Positions 1-10,600 of a DNA stretch of 64,000 bases are shown here, in pieces. The stretch spans positions 1-64,000 of the forward strand of contig MEDY01000114.1 in NCBI GenBank assembly GCA_001724265.1, given 5' to 3'. How positions within the stretch are numbered: the stretch's first letter is position 1; the number at the start of each line of letters is the position of its first letter. Position numbers and translations under genes: made by a program. The notes below the pieces were generated by a model. That model worked only from the letters and a program-made list of their open reading frames with translations. It did no database searches and was not told the origin of the DNA. Source of the stretch: Rhizaria sp. SCN 62-66 (Eukaryota).

Positions 1-803
1 GAGGTCGGCGATGTGGCCGTCCATGCTGAAGACGCCGTCGGTGGCGATGAGGCGCATGCGGCAGTCCTGCGTGCGCTGCAGGATCGCCTCCAGGTCCGCT
101 AGGTCCATGTGCTTAAAGCGGTGGCGCTGCGCCTTACAGAGGCGGATGCCGTCGATAATCGAGGCGTGGTTGAGCTCGTCGCTGATGACGGCGTCCTGCT
201 CAGTGAGGATGCCCTCGAAGATGCCCGCGTTGGCGTCGAAGGCGGAGGGGAAGAGGATCGTGTCCTCGGTGCCGTGGAACCGGCTGATCGTGTCCTCCAG
301 CTTCTTGTGAATGTCCTGCGTGCCGCAGATAAAGCGTACGGAGGACATGCCGAGGCCGTGCGAGTCGAGGCCTTTGTGCGCGGCCGCAACGAGCGCCTTG
401 TCGTTGCTGAAGCCAAGGTAGTTGTTGGCGCAGAAGTTCAGCATCGGACGATTAGCAGGCGCGATCGCTACGGACGCAGACTGAGGCGTTGTAATCACGA
501 GCTCGCCCTTGAGCGTACCGGCCTCACGCATGCCCGTCAACAGCGCCTGCATGTGGCCCTCGAGCGCGCGCCCCGCGGGCGTCGCAGTCGCAGCGGGGCC
601 AGCAGTCGCAGCGGGGGACAACGAGGGCCGCGCCGGAGCAGTCGCAACACCCTAGAGAAGATGGCACCAAGACATGAATAAACAACTAGATGAGAAGCCA
701 CAAACTGCTCCGTACAAATCTTAGTAGTCACATTGTGGAGTAGAAGTCGACGTACCATGCACTTCAGGTGGTGCGCGAGACGCCTCTCAGGAGCGGAGCT
801 CAT
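1..803 (-). CDS. GCAT: 2-amino-3-ketobutyrate CoA ligase (glycine C-acetyltransferase); exons 803-756 and 651-<1, runs off window start
   Basis: Manual minus-strand translation gives LNFCANNYLGF, GMSSVRFICGTQDIHKKLE, FDANAGIFE, ISDELNHASIIDGIRLCKA and IATDGVFSMDG, which are KBL/GCAT class II aminotransferase motifs. A phase-0 GT-AG intron at 755-652 joins the ATG exon in frame. Confidence 0.95.
652..755 (-). other. Spliceosomal intron (GCAT), 104 nt
   Basis: GTACGT...ttctctAG, AT-rich, phase 0, joins frames. Confidence 0.85.
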
Positions 804-1160
804 ATCGGAGTGCTAGAGAGGTCAAACGATGACGATGAGAGATATTATAAAAAGGAAATTAGTTAAAATGAGAATTATATTCTATTGTAATCTTCTAAGT
901 AACATTCAATGACCGCAACGCACGTGTGCAAATCGCTAAGTTTAGTCCTCACAAAGTCCTCTCACCCCCAACCCCAACCACAAATGCATGTCACGCGCAA
1001 CAAAAGCGCACACTAACATCTATATCTCACGCACACCATTACAATTGCCGTTAAAGCTTTTGAAAAAGGCCGTATCACTTCAGGCTGTACGCAAGAACAT
1101 ATCAGATAGACTGGCGTGTTAATTGCGATCATATCTATCGCGTCGCATGTGCTGCATGCT

Positions 1161-4136
1161 TCACTGCTGGCCGACACTGGCAGCGGCGAGCGCGTTGCCA
1201 TAGCGTCCCCAGACGGCCTCGAGCGCGGCGCCCTCGTCCTCGACGCGGTCCAGGTCGCGGTACTGCTTCCAGCCACCGCCCGCGAGCGTGGGCGCGTCGG
1301 CCTGCAGCGGCTTGCACCGCGCGCCGGCCGTCGTCGCCGCGCGCGCGTGCTGCGACGACCATCCCCCGCGGCGCCGCGCCAGCCGCTTGCTCTCGCGCAC
1401 GTCCGCGCCCGACGCGCCCGCGCCCGCGCCCGCGCCGGCGTGGAAGACGTCGCGGTCGCTCTCAACTGCACTGCGGCCCGCCTTGGAGCTGTTACCGCTT
1501 GTGTTGTTGCTCCCCAGCTGCGAGGTCTTGGCACTCGCGCTGTCTGCGAAGACGTACCCGCGGTTCTCGAGGTCCAGGTGGCGGAGCACGTTGAACTCGT
1601 CGACGCCGCGGCGGCCGAGCCGCAGCGCGCCCGCGCGCCCCTGTCCCAGCTGGTGCTGCTGCTGCTGGTGAGGCTGCGCGTCGCCGCCCCGGCCGCCGGC
1701 GCCGGCGCCGGCGCCGGCGCTCGCGCCGCCGCGGCCGGCGCCGGCGCTGCTGCTGTGGCGCCAGGCCGTGCGGTGCGAGGCGGCAAAGCTGGTTGCGTTG
1801 GCGGTGTCGAGGTCGGGCGGGGACGAGAAGAGCGCGCGGCGGCCCGGCGGCAGAAGCTCGTTGCTCTGCTAGCCAACGCTTGCTCGTGGGTGTTCCCAGC
1901 CGCCCTCGCGCTCCGCCAGTCCGGCCAGCGCGCTCCACGCCGCGGGCCGCACCAACGACGGGGGCATGTCCAGCGGCGCGCCCGGCGCGCTGCTCAGCCC
2001 GAGCAGCAGCAGGGCCGCGTCCGCTTCGCGCCCCGAGGCCGTGGAGGAGGACGAGGCGGTGACGACGTTGGCCAGAGACTCGCGCAGCGCCAGCGCAGCG
2101 CCCTGTGGGAGCGAGAGAGGATTACAAAGCAGAGCAAATGGAAGGCGAGATATGAGATTATTGATAAAAATCACAACTATATACTGGAAGATGCTTATTT
2201 AAAAGCTAAATTGAGTGTGCTTGTTAAAAATTCCTGAGTCGTACCTGACTTGAAGAGCGGCAGATGACCTGAGTGGCGGGCGGCTCCGTCGAGAGCGACC
2301 CAGCGCCGCCGGCCGCCGCGCCCGCGCCCGCGCCGGCCCCCGCGCCGGCCCCGGCGCCCGTGGCCGTGCTGTCCCTGGCTGCGAGCACGAGCAGGCGCTT
2401 GGCGCGCCGGGCTGCGAGCGCCTCCTGCCGCGACAGTCCGCGGGGACGCACGGGCTGCGAGAGCGGGCCGGGGGGAACGCCGCCGCAGTCGCCGCCGCAG
2501 CCGCCGCTGGCGCTCGCGCCGGCGCCGGAGCCGGAGCCTGCGCTGGCCCCGCTGTGCGGCGCGCTCCACCCGCGCTCGCGGGCCGCTGCGCGGGAGTTGG
2601 GCGCCGCCGACACGCGCAGCGCGGGCGCGCGCACTGCGGTCGACAGCGCCGCAGCCGACACGGCACCGCGCACGTTGCTGCCGCTCGCGTCGCCAGCGCC
2701 GTGTCGGCCGCCGCGGCCGCTGTTGTGGGCGGAGGTCGCCGGCCGCGCCATGGCGCGTACGAGGGCGCCGCGCACGGGGGAGCCGTTGCGTTGCTGTTGT
2801 TGGGTCTGCGCGAGCGGCGCGCCGTGCGCAGCAGTCGCGCGCCTCTGCTTGCTGCCGCCGCTGGGATGATGCACGCTGAGCCCCATGCGCTCCCGCCGGG
2901 CGGCGGCCTCGGCGGCCACGGCCTCGGCGTGCGCGTCGCCCAGCGCGCTGGCCAGCTCCTCGGGCCGCATGCGTACCGCGGCGGCCGCGGGGGGCAGCGC
3001 GGCCGCCAGCGCCGCCGCCGCCGGGAGCGACCAGCGGCCCGCGCCGTGGCCCGCGGCGGCGCCGGACGCGTGGCCGTGGGTGCCCGCGGCCGTGGCGGCG
3101 GCGCCGGCGGCGGCGTCCGCGGCCAGCGCGAGCAGCACGCTCTGCTGCTGCGGCGGCACGGCCGCGGCAGCGTTGTACGCGCCGCCGCCGACCACCGCGG
3201 CCGCCGCACTACTGCTGGTACTACCGCTGCTGTGGCTGCTGCTGCTGTGGGGGCCGTTGGCGGGGTGGTTGGGGTCGCTGAAGTAGGTGCGCAGCGCGGC
3301 CGGGAGGAAGCCGTTGTGCGCGGAGCCGGTGCCGGTGATGCCAAAGGATCCGTTCCACTCGCGGGGCGCCTCGCCGCGGCCGTGTCCGGCCCTTTCAGTG
3401 CCACCAGAAGCGTTGGCGCTGGCGTTGGCGTTGGCGTGCGCGTGTGTGTGAGTGAAATGGGACATGACGCCCCGGCCGGTGGCGGCGTGCGCGGCCGCGG
3501 CGGACGCGGCGTCGGTCGGCCGCTCCAGTTCCAGCTCCAGCGGGTGCCGGCCAATCCCGGCCGCAGCGCCGCCGCATCTGCCACTGCCGCGCACATTGGC
3601 GCTGGCGGTGCGAGGGTTGTTGTGGTGCGCGCTGAGCGCGGCGGCGGCGGCCGCGTCGGCGTAACACGAGGCGGGGGCGAAGAAGGCCGCGGCGACGGCG
3701 GCGGGCGCGGCGGATGGCAGCGTGCGCGCAGTCTGGTGGCGTGTGGGCGGCGGCGGCGGCGCGGAGAGGTCCCGGTCGCCGTTGTCGCCCCCGCCGGCGG
3801 CGACGATGCTGGTGATGCTTGCGTTGGTGTCCGAGGCCAGGTCGGAGAAGTAGTGGCGCCGCGCGGGCGGCAGCACGAGGTTGCGCTCTGAGGGCGAGGC
3901 GGCTGTGGCGTCCCACGCCTTGCCGCCCGCGCCGGCCGCCGCGCTGGCGCTGACGCTCAAGCCGGGGCTGTCGCTGCGGCAGCGGCTGGCGGCGACGGGC
4001 GGACCCAACGCGCAGTCGCGGTGGGACAGCCGCGACGACGGGGGCTACTTCAGGTGCAGCGTCGACGCCGGCCCCGCGGTCTGCGCGCGTGCGTGATGCT
4101 GGCCATGCGCGGGAGGCCGACTGCTGCAGTCGGCGG

Positions 4137-4171
<35 letters not shown>

Positions 4172-4326
4172 TCGGCGTTGGGATGGTCGCGGCCGTAGTG
4201 GTCCTGTTGGAACGAGACGGACCGCGTGTACAAGTGCTGCGGGACTTCATGTGCCGTCACTGGCGCGCCCGAGGAAAACGCGGGCGCGTAGCGGTACTCG
4301 CCGTAGTTCCAAGCATTCTGCTGCAT
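1161..4326 (-). CDS. Hypothetical low-complexity Ala/Gly/Ser-rich protein, ~1,007 aa; exons 4326-2245 and 2102-1161; two internal TAG codons
   Basis: ORFs 4326-4045 and 4008-2224 share a frame separated by one TAG. ORFs 2174-1869 and 1589-1161 likewise. A phase-0 intron joins the halves; ends at TGA 1163-1161. No domain recognised. Confidence 0.7.
1869..1871 (-). other. In-frame TAG, probable sense codon (Gln)
   Basis: GTT GGC TAG CAG AGC AAC GAG (VG*QSNE); frame stays open for ~235 further codons. Confidence 0.7.
2103..2244 (-). other. Spliceosomal intron, 142 nt
   Basis: CAG|GTACGA...ctcccacAG|GGC, AT-rich island within GC-rich coding DNA, phase 0. Confidence 0.85.
4045..4047 (-). other. 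In-frame TAG, probable sense codon (Gln)
   Basis: CTG AAG TAG CCC CCG TCG (LK*PPS); frame continues for 600 codons to the splice donor. Confidence 0.7.
4138..4167. repeat. (GCT)10 microsatellite encoding poly-Ser on the minus strand
   Basis: Ten perfect GCT units read directly. Confidence 0.9.
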
Positions 4327-4816
4327 TGGCTTGGCACTGGAGCGGGTCAGTCGACGGAGTGGGAGAGAAACGTTTCTAGCGCCTTTTTGAAGTGGCTGTT
4401 AGGACGGATTTGGGAAAGCATAGAGAGTGTAGATTTGTATGAATGAGCGATTCAATTAATACCATTCAATTAACGGTGTAACTCGCACACTGACGATAGT
4501 TTGCGCCCAACAGATGTTGTTTCGATGAGGTGACCACAAGAGAGCCTAGAGTGGCCGTTGACCGAAGTTTGAGCTTTCGTTGCGAGTACTTCTCATCAAT
4601 CGGGCATTATCGTCAACATTCGGACATATCATTTGAAGTTAAAACGTTTATTTCAGCATTGCCATTTTGTCACACGTTATAATCGTCTTTTAACGCAGTC
4701 TACTCTACGTTTCTTTGATTCCCCGCAATGCAGCACGCAGTCTCACAATTGCCAATGACCGGCTTAACCGACGCTCCGTTAACGCTGGTGTGTGGGCGCA
4801 CTGCATGATGTTCGCA

Positions 4817-4862
4817 TTAAGTTGCGCATACCACGCTTGCTCTGACTGAGCGCGCAACTTAA
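4817..4862. repeat. 11-bp perfect inverted repeat, 24-nt spacer, intergenic
   Basis: TTAAGTTGCGC (4817-4827) and GCGCAACTTAA (4852-4862). Confidence 0.8.
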
Positions 4863-5209
4863 CGCTGACTGTGCACATGCGCTTTACTTGCCCGATTGTA
4901 CACTCACCCGTTTCAACAAGCGTGCCACGCTATTCTGATTGTACTGTTACCAGCTCGCACCACAATGGTCAGCTCACATTGGCACATCACCCATAGCTAC
5001 CGGGTCTTGGCTATCACTGCTACGAGCCGGGATTACGTTCCTGTCTGTCTGCCGCCAAAGTTGGCCGGTACGCGTACTGGTATCAACGTTTGCTCGAGAT
5101 TGCTGCTGAAATGTCCGGTTGGGGTTATGATTCTATATCATCTGCGGTGTACCGGCACAGAGCGGCGATTACATTGATAACTTTGCTTGTTATGTTGGTT
5201 ACGCTTACT

Positions 5210-5233
5210 TTCGCTAGACAACCGTCTAGCGAA
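5210..5233. repeat. 10-bp perfect hairpin, 4-nt loop, intergenic
   Basis: TTCGCTAGAC-AACC-GTCTAGCGAA. Confidence 0.85.
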
Positions 5234-6050
5234 GGTTCATTGCAATGCAGCTATTAGGGTGTTTTTTTGACATGCGTGTTGACGCGTTGATGTGTAGAGC
5301 ACGCACTTTGGCAAACGCCCGCGCTGCAAAGATTAGCAGGCGCACACCGAATGCTACTTCACCAACTAAACTCTTTAGCTTACTTGTACACGTGCATGCA
5401 AGTCAGCGGGTACAACACGTATCTCGATACTCACGCTTTAGATCACGTTGTTTTAACAATAGTCACAACAATAACAAAAACAGCGACCAATACAAGGACT
5501 ACCGCATTTTTGCATCACAACTTCTGTACTTCCTAGTAAGCTTATATCACATCGTACATATATTAATACCACGTAGGCGACTCGAAGGTGCGAGTACAAC
5601 TTCTTGTTTCTTCTTCTTATGGTGGAGACGCGCATAGGGCCGCCGCGCCAATAAACAGACCGTAGCCACCGACTTTCACGCTCGTGCCGTGAGAACTTAA
5701 GCGTGAAATATGACAGGAACGCTCACATTTATTTCACAAAAAACTAGCTGTTGCTTCGAATGTTTTGTATAGCGAGGATGCGATGTGTTTCAAAGATCAT
5801 CGACGTCTCTGCTTCGCTTGGCCCCTTCCACATCACAGGACATCTTCGTGTTTAGCCTATTTCCGACCCGCTTTAGAAATCTATCAGCGATCTTCTCGGG
5901 CCTATTCTACTTTAGCTTACGACTCTGTTTCTATTTATCGATCTAACCCCCATGCCCCTTTGCGCTTTGCCCTTTCCCGTCCGCCACCACATCACCCTCC
6001 TGGTCCCGTTGTCGTTGCCGCGTCCGTCTCCAGCCAGTCCTTTCGCCCCG

Positions 6051-6926
6051 ATGCAAGGCCAAGGCACCCGCAGCGAGGCAGCTGCGCCCGCCGCCGCTGC
6101 CCTTCCGCGCTCTACGTCCGCGGCGAACAAGGCCCCCGCGCGTCCGTGCGTGAGCGACTGCAAGATCGTCGGCACGCAAACCATCGATGACGCCGTTCAC
6201 TACCTCGTCCAGGTCACCACGGCCGCCGGCGACTCGTGGTGCACGCTCAAGCGCTACTCCCAGTTTGAGGAGTTCCACTACATGCTGCTGGACTGCGTGA
6301 ACGAGCACTCGCTGCCCGCTGGCGCCGAGCTGCCCGGCAAGCGCCTCAAGCTCTGGTACGCCCACAACAGCAAGACTTTCGTCGAGGAGCGCGCGCTGCT
6401 GCTCGAAAACTACCTCAAGAAGCTCATCCAGGTCCCCGCGATTGCGGCGTCGGACCTGCTTGTTGGCTTCCTCGCCGTTTCGCGCGTGGACGTCAAGCCC
6501 CCGCCGCGCGCGACTCCCAAGGAAGCGCTCGCCGCGGCTGAGCTCCCCGATGACGTCGAGGTCACTGGCGTCTCGCTGCCGCAGGTGCGCCTCATGTCGG
6601 ACCACGTGCTGTACCAGGTCGACGTCGTCAACGTGCGCAAGCGCCGCTCGTTCCAGCGCTGGACCGTGCTGAAGCGGTTCGCGCAGTTCATCGAGCTCGA
6701 CGAGGCGCTGCGCGAGGCCTTCGCGCACCGTCCCGACGTGCTCGACGCGCTGCCGCTGACGCCCGAGAAGTACTCGAAGCTGTTGTACAACCACTTGGAC
6801 GACCACTTCGTCGAGCAGCGCCGCGTTGTGCTCGAGAACTACCTGCAGAAGCTCATGCTCGTCACGCCCGTGCTCTACAACCAGCAGTTTCTCACCTTCC
6901 TCGGCTGCTGGTCTTCCTCCAACTAA
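6051..6926 (+). CDS. Tandem PX (phox homology) domain protein, ~291 aa
   Basis: Two PX-like repeats: VHYLVQV...TLKRYSQFEEFHYML...ELPGKRLK...FVEERALLLENYLKKL and VLYQVDV...VLKRFAQFIELDEAL...PLTPEK...FVEQRRVVLENYLQKL; TAA stop. Start at ATG 6051 is inferred from the composition change. Confidence 0.85.
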   Translation: MQGQGTRSEAAAPAAAALPRSTSAANKAPARPCVSDCKIVGTQTIDDAVHYLVQVTTAAGDSWCTLKRYSQFEEFHYMLLDCVNEHSLPAGAELPGKRLKLWYAHNSKTFVEERALLLENYLKKLIQVPAIAASDLLVGFLAVSRVDVKPPPRATPKEALAAAELPDDVEVTGVSLPQVRLMSDHVLYQVDVVNVRKRRSFQRWTVLKRFAQFIELDEALREAFAHRPDVLDALPLTPEKYSKLLYNHLDDHFVEQRRVVLENYLQKLMLVTPVLYNQQFLTFLGCWSSSN

Positions 6927-7604
6927 GCGCGAAGCCACGCATGTAAAGCGTTATGGCCTACAAATAGCATGCTCGTGCACGCTGCGCTATCACAAGCGCC
7001 GCGCATTGCGCTCGTATAAGTCTGCGTTTTGATTTTCCTTTTTTTTCTTCCTTACGTTCATCAAGTTTATTTTTAAAAAGTTCGTTTTGTTCGTAATATT
7101 TACGTAGTTTACTTACACAATTATTCTATGTAAAACAAGTCTACTTTAGCTTCACACACTCGTTGTCATATGTCGTTTCTCCCTCGTTATTGGACGGTTA
7201 GTTCATTCCCCTCCATCCCCTCGTTCGTCGTCTGTTGTCTCAATGTAAGTCTGGGTTTGCCTCAGGTGCTTTACCGAAGACGTTTAGCCCTAGAAAAATT
7301 GTATAGTTCTTCAGCTCATCAATAATTCAACAGCGATATCCTTCATCAACAGCTTCACAATCATCACATCATACACATCCACATCATCTTTCATTTTTCA
7401 ACTGTATCATGCCTTGCACAACGGCACAAATTTGTCAAATTCATTCAGGTGATGTCGAGCCATGCAGAATAAATATGTTGAGAGTATGTATTACAAAATA
7501 AAATACGTTGATGATTTAATTAAGTAAATAACTTTAAAGCAACCGTAACCAGTTATGTGAGGACAAACAGCAAGTGTTGGCCTCAATACGTCCATGAGGT
7601 GTAA

Positions 7605-10600
7605 TTAGACAACATTGTTGCTGAAGACCTCGCGGAAGATCTTAGGCAGCTTGGTTGTGTCTTGGCAAACAAACCCGCGGCCAATGGGCAGTCCCGCAGC
7701 GAGCTTCCCGGCCGTTTCCTCGCCGGCAATGAAGATGGCGAAGGTGCTCACACTGCGCTGCTGGCCCTGACCCTGCTCCTGCTGCTGCGCCGCCGCGGCA
7801 GCGCCATCAACACCGTCGGCGACAAGCTCGCCCTTGCCACCAAGCCGCGGGTCGTCGGACAACACAGCCGCAAGCGTGGCGGGTGCAATGCCGTAACGCT
7901 CGAGGTTCGCGTCCGAGAGCAAGAACACGAAGTAATCGTCCGCTTCCTCCCGGCGCACTTCCTGCATGGCGTGGAACGCGGCCGCGAGCGTCGTATCGCC
8001 GCTGGCGCAGTTGGCAGCGTTCCAGTACATGTGCTCGAGCACCTTCATCTTCTCCTCAACCGTGCGCGGGGGGCGGCCGAAGGGCACGAGCGGAATCCAG
8101 CACGACTCGCCGTCGTGCCCCACCATGCTGTAGTCGTACTTGTGCGCAAAGCCCTGCAGCGCCTCGACCAGCATCAGCACCGTCGCCGCTGTGCGGTCCA
8201 GGCGCCGGTCGTTGCTGTTGAACAGCGCCATCGACTGCGAGATGTCGAGCACAAACCGCAGCCGCTTGGGCTTGCGCTGCACAAGCCCCGCCGTGGGCTC
8301 TTCCAAGCTGCGTCGCTTGTAGATGTTGCGGTCGCCCGTCGCGCCGTCCACGAGCCGGTTCTCGTCCAGCTCGCCGAACGTCTGGTTCTTGAGCCACACG
8401 CGCTCGCGCTCGCGTGCTTCCGCGCCCTCGAGCACGACACGCAGCTGCGCGACCTCGGTCGCCACGGCCGCGTAGAGCCGCTCGTAGACGTCGCGGCCCA
8501 GCGGCGTGCGCTCGTGCGGCGCGAGCGTCTTGGGCACCGCCTGCGCGGCCATGCTGCGTGCCCATGCGACGACGCCGCGGGTGGTCTTGGCGCGCGCCTC
8601 CATGCCCTGCCGCGCAAGGGCAGCCGCGTTCACGGCCGCGGCGGAGCCGGCGCGCGCGGCTGACGACAGCGCGCGCCGCCGCAACGCCAGCAGCGCGGGC
8701 GGCAGGGACTCGTCGTCGTCGTCATCGTTCCCGTCGCCATTGGAGCGCTTGCGGCGGTTGAAACGCATATCGGAGAAGGCAGAGACGGACGCGTTGTTGC
8801 CGCCACCACCACCTCCGCCACCGCCGCCCCCACCGCCGCCGCCGCCGCCGCCGCCGCCACCATCAGCACCTCCGCCGCCACCGCCGCCGCCACCCTCGCC
8901 GCCCGGCCCGTCGCCGGAGTCGGTGCCATACGTGTCGCCGTCGTACTCGCCGCCGCCGCTGCCCGCCGTGTCGTCTGGCGTCGTCGTCGACGCGGACACG
9001 GTGGCCGTGAGCCCCCAGTGGCGCAGCGCGGGGGAGCGCTCCACGTCCTGCGAGAGATTCACGCAGCGCACGAGCCCATCGGGACTGAGCAGCAGCGCGC
9101 GGCCGTCGCGCGTCGGCGCTGCAGCAACAACGCTCGCGGCCGGCAGCGGCGTGACGCCGTCCCAGCCCACCAGCAGCTCGCCCGCGGCGTCGCCGTCGCC
9201 GTCGTTCACGGCGGCGCTGTCGCCGTCCACGGCGCTGTCCTCGGCGTCGCCCGCGGCGAGGTGCGCGGAGATGTGCGGCGGCCGCGTCAGGTACGCCGCG
9301 GGCGCGCGCAGAGGGAACGCGCGCGCGCGGCCAGTCTGCGGCTGCACGAGCTCGAGGAACACCTCGATGCGAGCCTTCTGCGCGCTGTCAGCGGCGATGC
9401 CCGCAGCCGCACTCGCACCGGGATCGCTCGTGGAAGTCGTGTTTTGTGGCTCGTAAGTGAGCAGGTTGGCCCAGAGCCCGGAGTCGCCGGCCCAGATCCC
9501 AGTCTGCCAGAGCGGGCGGCCGCGGGCCACACTGCCAGTCGTGTCCGCGCCAGCCGTCGCAGCCGCTGGAACGATGGAGACGCTGCCCCAGGAGCCGGCG
9601 CCGAGCCCGGAGCCGGGTGCCTGGCCCGCGCGCGGCTGCGAGCCGGGTGCCTGCGCGCCCACGAGCGACTGCGTGAGCGCGTCGGAGGGCGACTGCGCGC
9701 TGGGCGGGGCGCGGGCGGGGCGCGACGTGTTGTACAGGAGCACCGCGGGGGGCTGCGAAAGCACGAGTGCGCCGGCGCCAATCGCCGGCAACTCAGAGCT
9801 CATTTGTGTCTGTGCCTGCGAGGTCTTCGCCTGCGAGGGCAGGTTTGCGTGAGACCGCAACACTGCCAACCGACGTTGCGCAGGAGTCTCGGTGGCGTTG
9901 TCATTCCCATTGGAGCTGTCTGTAAGAAGAAGCGTTGGTGATGCGGGCACTGTGGTAACGCAGACACCAAACACGTCCCCGAGCGAGCCGAAATACCGGA
10001 AGATAGCCGGGTCTGCGACAGCTGCACCGCTATTTGAGCGGCCATTGCTGTCTTTTGCGCTAACTGTGAGCGCAGCACGCGCTGCAGCGACACTTTCAGC
10101 GTTACCACCGTGTGCGCTGTTGGCAGATGCGGACGCGAGCAGAGCCGCGCGCGCGGCGGGCGACAGCGCGGCCGCGCTGGAGCTGGCGGCAAGGCCGGCG
10201 TCGGCAAGCAGTGCGGGTGGCGCAAGCGCGAGAGGCAGCGCCGGCGAGAAAGCCACCGGAGGGTACTGGTAGCTGCCCGTAGACGCGCCGTCGTCGTGGT
10301 AGTCGTTGGCGGCGTTGTTCTTGGCAGGGGTAAGAACAGCCAGAGGCGGGATGACTGTGGTTGCGCATTCGGGGAAGACACGATCCCAGTTGAAGCCGGC
10401 GCCACTGTCTACGCCGTCAGCCGTGGAGGACGAATACAGTCCAGTCAGATTACGCACTGTCTCAATCTCCACACCCGCGCTCGCAACTTGAGTGCTACTG
10501 TCGTCGTTGGAGAGCGCGAGCGTGTAAGGCTCGTCCCTGTCATCGCGCAGCAGCCACAGGGCGCCACTCGCGTCCAGCGGCGCCGCGGACACAAGCCGCA

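Noticed and set aside
4896-5637. Short ORFs in the long intergenic region
   Set aside because: No GC3 bias or recognisable motif; composition is intergenic.
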